A stretch of DNA of 64,000 nucleotides from Roseibacillus sp. (GTDB taxonomy: Bacteria > Verrucomicrobiota > Verrucomicrobiia > Verrucomicrobiales > Akkermansiaceae): positions 224,001-288,000 of the forward strand of contig JBPOGI010000005.1 in assembly GCA_051251855.1 (NCBI GenBank), written 5' to 3'. Of this stretch, positions 24,661 to 35,000 are shown piece by piece (within the stretch, counting starts at the first letter, position 1; each line of letters opens with the position of its first letter). The notes under the pieces are model-generated. The model worked only from the letters and a program-made list of their open reading frames with translations, ran no database searches and was not told the origin of the DNA. Made by a program: the position numbers and the translations under genes.

Positions 24661-27600
24661 TTCGCAAGCGACATTTGGATTTGGAAGAAGTTTTTGTTCA
24701 AGTTTGAGTCTGGACTTGAGACGCGCAGAGAGTGGCGATTGGATCCAAGGGAGGTAACGCCCCCGACTTGCACGGGACCACCGAAGGCGGTGATCGTGGT
24801 AGAAGAGAGAAGATCAAAGTCGACGGCGGAGATGAACTCGTCGGGGAAGGCGAACTCGATATCGTAGGCATTGAAGGCTGGAAGCCAGATGATGCAGATA
24901 TCGGTGGGGGAGGCAGTGACGACTGGCGTGCTGAGGTCTCCGTCCCGAGGGTCAGCCCCTTCTAGATGATACTGAAAGTAGCTATGCCCAGTGATGGGAT
25001 GGGGGTCGAAGGGGCCTACGACATCAAGGTCGCCGAAGAAGAATTTTTCCCAATCATCGTCGAGAAGGTTGGCGTTGGAGTCGGTATCGGTGGCGATAGG
25101 GGTGAAGACGAGGTTGAGAGAAATCGCTTCCATGGTGTCGAAGGCTCCCACGGTGGTCACGTCGGTGTAACCGGTGACACTGAAGACGGTTCCAATGTTG
25201 AGTCCAAGGCCTTGCTCGAGAGGGACTCTGTCCCCGAAGCTATTGACGAAGTAGGCGAGGTTGCTATTCGCGGAGCGACGGTAATCATAGTTATGAAGTG
25301 GAGTGGTGGCAGGCTCGATAGTGACGGTCCATGTTTCGACGGGGCGTTTGAGGCTGGGCACGTTTGCGAGAAGGGTGAGCATCTCGTTGCGGGCTCCGCT
25401 AACAAGAGAAAGAGAGATGTTACTGTAGGGGTTAGTTCGGGGGGCGGAGGTGCTGGCTAAGGGGTCGGTGATGGTTCCATCGCGGAGCGCGTAACGGAGC
25501 GCGTCGAGAGGAAGTGCCATCGCCGGAGTGCTGTCGGAAATAGCCACGTGTCGATCATAAATCGCTTCAGCGAGATTCGAGATCTGCGAGCTGGCTCGTG
25601 ATTGAGTGTCTAGATATTCGAGGATGGCTGGGAAGTCGCAACCGTCTGTGATCAAGGCACGTTTCATCTCGTCGCTGAGAGGTTCTTTTCCACTGTCGTA
25701 GTCGCGACCTCCAAAGAGGGTGAAGCCGCTGGCGTCAGTAGGAACTCCGAGGAGGAGTTGTTCCGCACTAGGAAGATTGGTGAGACCTTCATAGAGTGCT
25801 TGCTCAGCCAAGACGGCGATGGCGTTGTCGACAGGGTCGAGACGCGTCAGGTCAACCGGGGGTTCGTAGAGTAAGTAAGCTGTGCGGGCAGCGGCCACCC
25901 AATCGAGGGCGTCAGCATCTCGATCGGTTCCACTTGCGACGACTGCGACGTTAGGAACTGCGAGGTTGGGCCGAGGCGCTACGCGCAGGGTTTCACGTCC
26001 GCCACGAACGGTTCCAGAGGGGCTTAGATCGTATTGAATGGGCGAAGAGAGAATAACCCATTCGCTGAGAGGCACTGGGTTTGAGATGTCGAGACGAGCT
26101 TCACCAAGGATCGCGGGAGTTCCGGAAGTGACTGGAGTGACTTCGCCTGTTGCCAAGAAGTTGGAGATCATACTGTAGGCGCGGATTTTTTCCCCGGGGG
26201 TGTCGTCTTCACGTTCGCTGGCGGAAAGGTTGGCATTGGTGGGATCGGTGACAGGGGTGCCTCCGTTGTCGTAGGCGTTTGCTTCGTCTCCGGAGGTGTC
26301 GAAGGCCTGCGCATAGAGAAAAAATCCTTCTCCCAAGTAGGGTGGATTACGGTCAGCTTCGGCGAGATATTCGCCGGAGTTATTGGGGTCGGTACTTGTT
26401 CCGCCTGTTCCGAGAATTTCCTCCAAATCGGATTGGAAGTCGCCGTCGCTGTCGGTTCCGCCTGCGGGATCGAGACCGTAGTAGCGCTCTACATAGTCAG
26501 GGACTCCATCTCCATCGCTGTCCAAGGTTGTGGGATCGTTACTGAAGTTGTAGCTACGGCGCACGATGGGTCCGTTGACTCCTTTCATTCGGTCATGGGC
26601 ATAGAACAGCCAATCGGAAGGGTAGCCAATGGTGAGAGGGCCTTGGTAGGTTTGCCAATTGGCTCCGGGAACGTCTTCGCGATAGCGGATGTCGACGACG
26701 GAGTCATCAGCAAGGACGTTGACTAAGACGCTGTCGGCGTAGGTACCGCTCGCAGGTGAGACCGTGATTGGGATACTGGAGAGGGTAATGCTATCCTCGA
26801 GAACCGAGACTGAGGCATTGGCTTGATACTGATTCGACATCACAAAAGTCGCGCCGGTGGGAGCGGCGGGAGACGCTGAGGAAGGATTGTTGAGGCCTTG
26901 ATCGCCGTCGCCGTCATTGGGATTGAGGTCGCGAAGCTCTGTGGTGATCGCTTGAGGAGTAAAGCCGGTGCCCGTGGTCCAATCGGGAACAGTCTCCACT
27001 CGGAGAAGCTGAGCGCTGGGTTGGACCAGAGCTTGAGCATCGAACCAGAAGAGAGTTGCGAAGCGATTGGTGGTATCGATCCAAGGGGAGAGGCTCCCGC
27101 TGGCGACTTGATTGAACCCACCCCCAGAATCTCGGTAAAGGGCCCAGTCGCTCGTGCTGCGGTCGCCGGGAGTTCCTAACAAAGTGAGGAAGCCACGGCC
27201 GGGGACGGGCACCAAACCTGCATAGGCGGTTCCCGCGCTGGCAAAAAAGGTCTCCTGCACATTAAAACTGCTCCCGCTATCGACGGTCGCCCAGACCGCA
27301 ACCGTGCCATCTTGAGAGGTAATAAGCACGCCGTGGGGGGCATTAGGGATGTCTCCGTCGCCCACGGTGATCATGGTTCCTAGCGGAAAGCCGAGTGCGG
27401 GGGCGGTAGCGATACCTTCCGTAAAGCCGAGGAACCCGTGGGTGAAAATTTCACACTTGGCATCACCGGGAACCCAGCTGATAGAGCAGAGCCGACCATC
27501 GTCTCCGTAGACTTCGGTGGCAAGTTGTGAGTTTTCATCGACAGGGTCCTTGGTGGCGAGTGCGATGTTGCCACTGCTGGCATTGCGAACGACTTGGAGC

Positions 27601-28196
27601 CGAGAAGGGCTGAAGCTCTTGTTGATGAGCAAGCCGCGGCGTTCGTCTGTTCCGGGGACACGGAAAGGCTGGAGCGATCCGTTCCCTCGGAGGGAGAGAG
27701 TTTGGTCCGTGGTGGATGGGCCAACGCCAGCGGCGAGAGGCTCTTCGTTGAGTTCGAGGCTTTCCCCTCCTATTCCGTAGAGGGCATGGCTGAGAGTGTA
27801 AGGATTATCACCGAGCTCAAAGAGAGGGACGGTTGCTTGTGGTCCCGCAAAAGTGGTCGAACGCGATGAGGGGCTTGCGCTGCCATCGACGGGGAGGTAG
27901 CGCAATTGGTTCTGATCGACAGAAGATAGAATGAGGTGCTCGATGCCTCCGTCAAAGTATCCCGAGGTTAAGCCAGTGACCTTCGGGAGGTAAGTTTCGG
28001 TAGGTCCGTCTTCTTGTAAGACGTTACTGGTTGTAAAGGTCATGATTCGGACCTGACCAGTTTCGGTATCGGTGAGCGCATAGCCCGCCCTTGATTCAAG
28101 TGGACTCAGCCATTCCTCAGGAAGTTCGACAGAAGGCGCTGCATGAAGAGAGGGCCCGGCAAGGGCAATGAGGAAGAGCGAGAGCTTGGTTTTCAT
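24657..28196 (-). CDS. 1179-aa secreted protein with chitobiase/Fn3-associated Ig-like domain and DxDxDG repeats
   Basis: Signal peptide; ITVSPASGTYADSVLV..Y..P.TI motif; DSDGDGVPDYVE, DSDGDFQSDLEE, DSNANLLDDDWE; C-terminal NFFQIQ. Confidence 0.7.
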   Translation of the reverse strand: MKTKLSLFLIALAGPSLHAAPSVELPEEWLSPLESRAGYALTDTETGQVRIMTFTTSNVLQEDGPTETYLPKVTGLTSGYFDGGIEHLILSSVDQNQLRYLPVDGSASPSSRSTTFAGPQATVPLFELGDNPYTLSHALYGIGGESLELNEEPLAAGVGPSTTDQTLSLRGNGSLQPFRVPGTDERRGLLINKSFSPSRLQVVRNASSGNIALATKDPVDENSQLATEVYGDDGRLCSISWVPGDAKCEIFTHGFLGFTEGIATAPALGFPLGTMITVGDGDIPNAPHGVLITSQDGTVAVWATVDSGSSFNVQETFFASAGTAYAGLVPVPGRGFLTLLGTPGDRSTSDWALYRDSGGGFNQVASGSLSPWIDTTNRFATLFWFDAQALVQPSAQLLRVETVPDWTTGTGFTPQAITTELRDLNPNDGDGDQGLNNPSSASPAAPTGATFVMSNQYQANASVSVLEDSITLSSIPITVSPASGTYADSVLVNVLADDSVVDIRYREDVPGANWQTYQGPLTIGYPSDWLFYAHDRMKGVNGPIVRRSYNFSNDPTTLDSDGDGVPDYVERYYGLDPAGGTDSDGDFQSDLEEILGTGGTSTDPNNSGEYLAEADRNPPYLGEGFFLYAQAFDTSGDEANAYDNGGTPVTDPTNANLSASEREDDTPGEKIRAYSMISNFLATGEVTPVTSGTPAILGEARLDISNPVPLSEWVILSSPIQYDLSPSGTVRGGRETLRVAPRPNLAVPNVAVVASGTDRDADALDWVAAARTAYLLYEPPVDLTRLDPVDNAIAVLAEQALYEGLTNLPSAEQLLLGVPTDASGFTLFGGRDYDSGKEPLSDEMKRALITDGCDFPAILEYLDTQSRASSQISNLAEAIYDRHVAISDSTPAMALPLDALRYALRDGTITDPLASTSAPRTNPYSNISLSLVSGARNEMLTLLANVPSLKRPVETWTVTIEPATTPLHNYDYRRSANSNLAYFVNSFGDRVPLEQGLGLNIGTVFSVTGYTDVTTVGAFDTMEAISLNLVFTPIATDTDSNANLLDDDWEKFFFGDLDVVGPFDPHPITGHSYFQYHLEGADPRDGDLSTPVVTASPTDICIIWLPAFNAYDIEFAFPDEFISAVDFDLLSSTTITAFGGPVQVGGVTSLGSNRHSLRVSSPDSNLNKNFFQIQMSLAN

Positions 28197-28235
28197 CGGC
28201 TGAATGATGGTTAAGGTTGAAGGGCTGGAAAAAGA

Positions 28236-31200
28236 TTAGTTATGTTTGGCGACGTTGGTCGGAATCACGCGATCGATTTCTCCACGCTCATCGAAGGCGA
28301 CGAGAAGGTATTGATAGCTGGCCCCGCTGACGGCAGGGACGGTATCGCGCACCCAGATGGTGGAGTCTCGCTCCTGAGTTCGATCGAAGAGGGTTGCGCT
28401 AACGTCCAGATAAGGAGGGGAGGCGCTATTGGGAACGGGCAATCCTGTTCCGAAGGTGTTATTGTCGCGGGAAAAGATTCCGGCTACCGGGACGGTGAGC
28501 TGGTCGGAGGTGTTGTCATAGGGGTGAAAGACAAAGAAGGGGTCATTGGTTTGGAAGACGTCGAGGATTCCAAACTCGGTGTTGATTTTGGTGGTCTGAT
28601 AAGCCATCCGATCCATCAGAGGGGTCACTTGGACCAAGTTTGGTTGCGCAGAGGGGTAGCGCTCGGAGGGCACTTGATAACGGTAAACCACGAACGAGCT
28701 TAAGGGGCTAATTCCATCCATACCTGAAGAGATGCTGGTGTTCTGTCGGCGATAGCCAAAGAGCCAAGAGAAGGGCTCACGATTGCCGGGGAGAAAGGCA
28801 TCAAAGGCCTCATCCTTTTGCTGTGGAATTGCAGGAGCAGCACCCACGAGGATCAGGGTGGACGCTTTGAATTTGAGGATCTGTTCACCCTGCAGGGGGA
28901 GGGCAAAGTAGGGGCCTTCTCCCGAGACATATTTGCTCACTTTAACCCCCACGTTAGCTAGTCCAGGAAGGGGACGGGCAGGCCAAGGAATGACGCCTTG
29001 TGGACCCGAAGCGGGCTCGGTCCACATGTTGGAAACGATATTCGAGAAATCACCTGAAGTGGTGAGAAGTTCGCCAGTGTTGGGGTGAGGAATAGGGAAG
29101 CCAATGGGGCGAATGCAGTAGGAGAGTTTCTTGTCCGCTGGAACGGAGAGGACCACTGAAAATTCACCGGCACTACCAAACCCCGAGGCGATGGAGTCGG
29201 TGCGGTAGGATCGAAAGACCAGTTCTTCTTCCACTCCATCGGCATTTGTTACGGGGAGGACGAGGTTGTCATCACTAGCGATTTGTTCGGTGAGGTTGAG
29301 GGAGACCACTTCGGGGTCCTGCCCTCCTTCGGCTGCGACCCAAACCTCGAAGCGGTCGATACCGACGGGGTCACAGAACCAAGAAAGCTGTACTACGGCA
29401 TTGCCTCCACTGGGTGCGAGATTTACAGGGTCGGTCATCATTGCCACGCCGAGGTCTTCGTTTTGAGTGGTTACGCAGCCAATGCGTACCATGGGGGAGG
29501 AGTTGCCGTTCTCATCAAAGGTCTGTGCGTAGTAACAGCCTTCGGAACCGTTGTTGAGGACGGGGGCGCTCTCTTTCCAATTGTAGACGGCAGGGAGGGC
29601 GCTTTTGCCTGATTGGCGCGAGATAAGGAGGAAGGGGCCATCAGAGCCTACGCGACGATAGACTCTCACTTCGCGGCAGTCGCCTTTGAGGTAGACTTGG
29701 CCGCAGACTCCGACAATCTCGTCGTTGGTTCGAACGGGAGTGAAGATGGGAGGGGCGGAACCGGGAAAGGTCTCGATCCAAGAAGGGCACCGAGGGTCCC
29801 CTGACTCCGGAGGGAGGAGGGCGAGAACCTTGGGATCGATCTGACCTTCGGGAGTTCGGAGGACATTGGTTGAGATGAGCACGGGACAACAGAGCTCGAC
29901 CCAAGCACGAAATCCGTAGCGGACAATTTCGTCTGGTCCATCGGCTTTGTCGAATGCTGGGATCTCGCGCCAGTCGCTGACTGAGCCATCACCGAGCCGA
30001 CACCTGACTCGAATGGTCGTGCCATCAGGAATGTTAGACGGAACAATAACATCGCGAAATTCTTCCAAGCTTTTGAAGAGGACCGTGCGGGCGTAAGTAC
30101 GTTCGAAGGTGGTGCCTTGTTGTCCTTGGGCGTAGACCCCGACTTCGAGGTCGAAAGATTTGATTTTCTGAAAGACGGTTCTCTTGTCGGATTGGTCTTC
30201 GTAGCGAATGACGCGAACGACAAATCTCTTGAGGTCATCGGCTAAGTCGTAGTCTTTCCGGGGTATCGAAAGCCCTTCGTCCGTGAGGTTCATGCGGGGA
30301 ATGCAGAAGCAAGTTTGGAGAGAACCTTCGGGATTGGGTGGACCGACTCGGTCACGGGGAACGCCAAATTTGGGGCCGGAGTGACCGGAGAGGTTAGCGG
30401 GGGTACAGGCCGAGGTGTCGACCGCACGGACAGTGTACCAAAAGGTCTTTCCCATCGCAAAATCGCTTTCGGAAGTGACCACTGGAGAGCCGGTATCGGG
30501 TCCGTTAGATCCGGGGTCGCCACCGCTAGGAGCGACGTAGTCCGTATCGAGGTCGCTCGCGTCGTCGTCCTCGAAGGTGACGTATTTTTCACCCGAGATG
30601 TGGGCGACTGAACCAATAAGGTTGAAGGTGGGGTCGCCGCCGTAGGTTTGCCAGTCGGTGGCGGAGTGCCAGCGGTAGACTTGGTATTGGCTTGCTGAGT
30701 TTGCGGGATCGGTATTAGGAAGCTGGCGAATGGTGAGCTTGAGGTTCTGCTGCCCGGTTTCTGCAGCAGGGTCTGATCCTGCGAGGTCAAAGGCATTGTC
30801 GACAGTGACAATGACGGGGGCAGAGCAAGGAAGTCGGTCGCAGATGGTGATCTCGGTGGGAGGGGAGAGTGGGCCGGGATGACCCGCGATATCGCGAGGT
30901 GCGACGTAGTAGAAGAAGGTGTCGCCATCGAAGAATTCGATGTCGGGAGCCTCTACTGGGATTTGGGGGTCGTTGAGGCGCACGAAGACATCGCCATCAT
31001 CACCGTAGAAAAAGGTTTCGGGCAGGTAGTTGATATTCGCTGCTTGGGTGGGCGTCATGAGAGCTCCGGCAGGAATGGGCAAGGTGTTGACGCGAACACC
31101 ATCGGCGGTAGCGACATCGGTCTCTGAGGTGAGGAGGAAAGGATCGATCACGTTCGCTTTGGGAACTCGGTAGAGATTGAAGCCGTAGGTGTGGGGGAGT

Positions 31201-32021
31201 AAAGTGCGCAGGCCGTTGGGGGTGGACCAACGAAGGCGGGCATTGAGGTGGTCTTTGGCGGAGGCGGAGACTTGCTGGAGCTCGGCTTCAAATTGATGAG
31301 GAAGGAATTCGGGCTTCCCAGAAGGGAGAAGCATTTGAGGGTTGTTGGTATCGAGAGTGACGCGGCCGATGACGCGAAGGTCATTATCAGAGCCGTCGAC
31401 TTCGCGCACCTCATAGGTCGTTACTGATGGATCCAGCGCCTTGATTGAGAATCCGAGACCGATAGCCATCTGGACGCCGGGGTGAGCCCGACCCAACGAG
31501 ATGAGTGATTGTAAGATTTCTGCGTCAGTCTCGGCGATGGTCATAATTTGTGCGAGCTTTTGGGCCACACCCAAGTCAATGCCACCAGGGAATTCGGGTG
31601 AGCCGAGCGCTGGCATAGCGGCAGGATCGCCTTGGGCCTCGGCATTGAGAGCTACGATTCTTGTGGGTAAAAAGCGGGCGTCCTTGTCGAACTTTTCGCC
31701 CAACTTCAAGAGAGCTTGAATGGCCGAGGGAGAGGTTTGTAAGGTTTGGACCCCGAGGAGATTGTAGGGGGTGGGTGAAGTGGAGTCCCCCGCCTTGGCA
31801 TAGATGCCAAAGCGCTTTCCAAAGGTTGTCTTGGCATCGCCTGGTTGCCAGAGGATGTAATCGTGCAAAGTCGTGCCGCTGTTGGTCTCGAAGGTCTTGC
31901 CCACGGTGTAGACAAGAGGGTCGGCGTTCTGAGCGGGAGAGAGCGCGGTCATCAGCAAGGTGGCAAAAGCCAACAAGGCGGTGAACGGGTGGTGGGAGTT
32001 TGAAGAGGTCATCAGTTTCAT
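28236..32021 (-). CDS. 1261-aa secreted protein, probable tandem fibronectin-III-like domains
   Basis: Signal peptide; recurring Fn3-like strands (GFNLYR, FYYVAPRD.AG, YQVYR, WYTVRAVD, YYAQTFDENGN, YQYLLVAFD). Confidence 0.65.
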   Translation of the reverse strand: MKLMTSSNSHHPFTALLAFATLLMTALSPAQNADPLVYTVGKTFETNSGTTLHDYILWQPGDAKTTFGKRFGIYAKAGDSTSPTPYNLLGVQTLQTSPSAIQALLKLGEKFDKDARFLPTRIVALNAEAQGDPAAMPALGSPEFPGGIDLGVAQKLAQIMTIAETDAEILQSLISLGRAHPGVQMAIGLGFSIKALDPSVTTYEVREVDGSDNDLRVIGRVTLDTNNPQMLLPSGKPEFLPHQFEAELQQVSASAKDHLNARLRWSTPNGLRTLLPHTYGFNLYRVPKANVIDPFLLTSETDVATADGVRVNTLPIPAGALMTPTQAANINYLPETFFYGDDGDVFVRLNDPQIPVEAPDIEFFDGDTFFYYVAPRDIAGHPGPLSPPTEITICDRLPCSAPVIVTVDNAFDLAGSDPAAETGQQNLKLTIRQLPNTDPANSASQYQVYRWHSATDWQTYGGDPTFNLIGSVAHISGEKYVTFEDDDASDLDTDYVAPSGGDPGSNGPDTGSPVVTSESDFAMGKTFWYTVRAVDTSACTPANLSGHSGPKFGVPRDRVGPPNPEGSLQTCFCIPRMNLTDEGLSIPRKDYDLADDLKRFVVRVIRYEDQSDKRTVFQKIKSFDLEVGVYAQGQQGTTFERTYARTVLFKSLEEFRDVIVPSNIPDGTTIRVRCRLGDGSVSDWREIPAFDKADGPDEIVRYGFRAWVELCCPVLISTNVLRTPEGQIDPKVLALLPPESGDPRCPSWIETFPGSAPPIFTPVRTNDEIVGVCGQVYLKGDCREVRVYRRVGSDGPFLLISRQSGKSALPAVYNWKESAPVLNNGSEGCYYAQTFDENGNSSPMVRIGCVTTQNEDLGVAMMTDPVNLAPSGGNAVVQLSWFCDPVGIDRFEVWVAAEGGQDPEVVSLNLTEQIASDDNLVLPVTNADGVEEELVFRSYRTDSIASGFGSAGEFSVVLSVPADKKLSYCIRPIGFPIPHPNTGELLTTSGDFSNIVSNMWTEPASGPQGVIPWPARPLPGLANVGVKVSKYVSGEGPYFALPLQGEQILKFKASTLILVGAAPAIPQQKDEAFDAFLPGNREPFSWLFGYRRQNTSISSGMDGISPLSSFVVYRYQVPSERYPSAQPNLVQVTPLMDRMAYQTTKINTEFGILDVFQTNDPFFVFHPYDNTSDQLTVPVAGIFSRDNNTFGTGLPVPNSASPPYLDVSATLFDRTQERDSTIWVRDTVPAVSGASYQYLLVAFDERGEIDRVIPTNVAKHN

Positions 32022-32078
32022 TACCGGAAAGGCGGTGATAAGATTTTTGTTCGAAGAGATTAAATGAGGTGGGTCTTG

Positions 32079-35000
32079 TTATTGAATGGACCAAGAGCCG
32101 TCGTTAAAGATGAGTTTGACCGACTTGTTGAATTTGATGCAGAAGGGGCACCAGCCCACTTTGGCGGTAAACTTTCCGTTGCCTGCGCCCTTGAGCTTAC
32201 CAGCTTGGGAAGCGAGAATGATTCTGATTTCGCCCTTGATGGAGACCACGCAAAGAGCTTCGCCAGAGACCCCGAGGAAAATCTTTCCGCCGTAGGTAGG
32301 GCCTTCTAGGAAGTAGAAGGCTCCGGCACCCACTCCGGCATCAATTCGGAAGAGGCACGAGGGCGGCACTCCGAGGACGAGTTGCGAGATGGGGAGCCAG
32401 ACTTCGCCATAGACATAAGCACCGGTGAAGGTGGTGCCTGGGTCGACGACGTCATCGATATCGGGGTCGACAAAGATGAGGGGTTCCAGGGTGCAGGTGC
32501 GACCAAAGAAAATGCCGGCCGCGACTTCGTAGTCCGAGAATATGGCACGGGCTTTGGCACCGAGGTAGCATTCATCTAGACCGATGGCTATGGTGGCTCC
32601 GAACTCGAGAATCTTGAAGGCCTGAAAATCGATCTCGCCGTCCGAAAGCTCGAAGGTTCCTCCGACTCCCACCGGTATTGGCGGGATAGCGTCAGCGGTG
32701 TCGAAGTCTTTCAGGGAGAGTTTGACCTCTAGATTGATTTTGCAATCGGCGATCCATTCCACAGAGACGTCTCTCGCCCCGATGCGAACTTCCACCATCT
32801 TTTCACCAGGTTTGATGCAGCCGGAATCCACAAAGTTGTCCTCGGAGGTGTAGGCAAGGATTTCGAGATAGACCTTCAGAGCCATCTCTTCCGGGATTTC
32901 AAACTGCATTTCGGCGTCGAGCCGCAGCTTGCGCAAGGAGTCACCATTGAACTCGGCGTATCCCGAGATTTCGCCTGATCCCATGTACTTGGAAACCTCA
33001 CCTAACAGCGGATTAATCTCGTCTTCTAAGGCGCCGACGGTATCGCTGATGACGGTCTTCATCACCGTGGTGAGTTCGGACAGCACGGACTGCAGCGCCG
33101 AAGTCACCTTGTCCGCGACATCGTAGAGGAGTTGACGTAAGAGGAACTGGGCTTTGCGAACGAATTCGGAATCGAGAATGGCGTCCTTGAGCTCGTCCTT
33201 GATGAGTTGGACGAACTGCTCTTCGGTGAAGTTGTTGAAGAAGTTCTCGGCAAACTCGTCGAACTGAGTTCCACCATCAACGAGGACATCGATGCCCAGC
33301 GCGACTTCCATCTGCAGAAAGAAGTTCCAAGCCCGGGTGGTGACCGGCCTCATGTAGCTATTGAGCAAGGCGTTCTTGGCAGCGGGAGTGCTGGGGAAAA
33401 AGTCGGCAAACTTATCGACGATTTCGCCGCCGGTTTCGACCTTGCTGTGGATTTCTGCCAAGAACCCACGCACGGTGATGAGCACTTCGGTGATTTGCTC
33501 CAGAGCGGGATCGACATCCTCTAACAGCATGTTGATTTGGGCGTTGAGCTCGGAGGCTCCTTCATCCAAGAGAGGCTGAATGACATCGCGGACCGCAGGT
33601 TCCACTAAGTTGGCCAGCAGAAGGTCGAGTAGGGCGTCGACCAGTTCCAGTTCACCTGCGCCATTGCGATAAAGGATCCCTTTGATGTCGGAGGCGGTGA
33701 TGGTGGGAGCTGAGATGTCGCTCTCGTAGTCTTGGGTGGTCTTGATCCCCAGAGTGATGACATCGATGCCCTTGATGATATCCTCGAGGGCCACTTCGAT
33801 CTGGTCCACGAAGCTGGCGGTGTCGGCAATGGCGGTGTTGCCGGTCTCCGCGATAGTGCAGATTTGGTCGCGCAGATCGGCGAGTTCAGGAATGCTGTCG
33901 AAGATGAAATCGGAAGGGTTGTCCAAGGCCATTTGAACTTGATTGCGGAAGGTCTGGTAGTCGTCGGTGGGGTTGTCGAGATAGAGCTGATAGACGAAGC
34001 GGTAGAGCTCGCGAATCGCTCCAGGATTCATCTCCGTGCCCGCAGCGGCATCGACGAGAGGGTTGATGAGACTACAGAGCGCGTCTTCGAGCATCTCATC
34101 GAGTCTTTCGAGACCAGTATCAATGGCTTGTTTGGGGACCGTTCCAATCGCGGTAGAAATGGCTTCCGAAGCCTTGTCGATTTCGCCGTTGAGGAAGTTG
34201 GAAATCTTGATTTCGGGAAGTCCGTCGTAAGTAGCTCCGAAGGAAATATTGGCGAACTTGGCGTCCATCCAATCGACTTGATGCTCCATTTGAGCGACAA
34301 AGATATTTTGTTCGATGGCTTGGGCAGAGGCAAAGCGACGGGTGTTGTCGTCCCAGAAGAGCGGATAGGATAAGGGAATGAATCCAAAGAGGTCTTGCTC
34401 GGCGACCACGAGGTGCTCGTTGGAGATGAGGGTGTCGACGTCGATTCCGGAGTTCTTAGGATTGCGGTAATCGTCGATAGCAATTTCGGCAAAGGGGAAA
34501 CCACTGTGAGTGGGGTCGAATCCGTCTTGGGTGAAAAAAGTGTCGCTGCCAACATTCCACCCCGGCGTGATTGCAAACGGTGCCGTGGAGAGGGTCATGT
34601 TATCCGGCACGGTGGAGGTGGCAGTCGTGATGGCCTGCACCTCCAAGTCGCGGAAGTAGGGGATGTCGATGGTAGCGGCAAAGGTGACGAATCCTGAGTC
34701 AGGACGTTGAGCGGCCGACATGCCGGGTGCTTCGGGATTGTTGAAGCGGAGCTTGCTGGTGGTGATCAGGTTGTAGGGTTGGTTAGGACCGTCGAGCGGG
34801 ATGACCGAGGGAAGGCGGAGTTGGGAATCGATGCCGCCAAAGCCTTCCGGTTCGTCGAGAGCGTTCTGCAGCGTCGAGAGGTTTCCGTTTTTGCAGAAGA
34901 CAAGGGTTCCGATGAGAGGCTCGTTGACATAGTTGGCATACGTCTGAGCGCCGGCAGCAAGTTTGCCGTCAAAGATGGGAGGGCACTGGCCGTCAGGATC

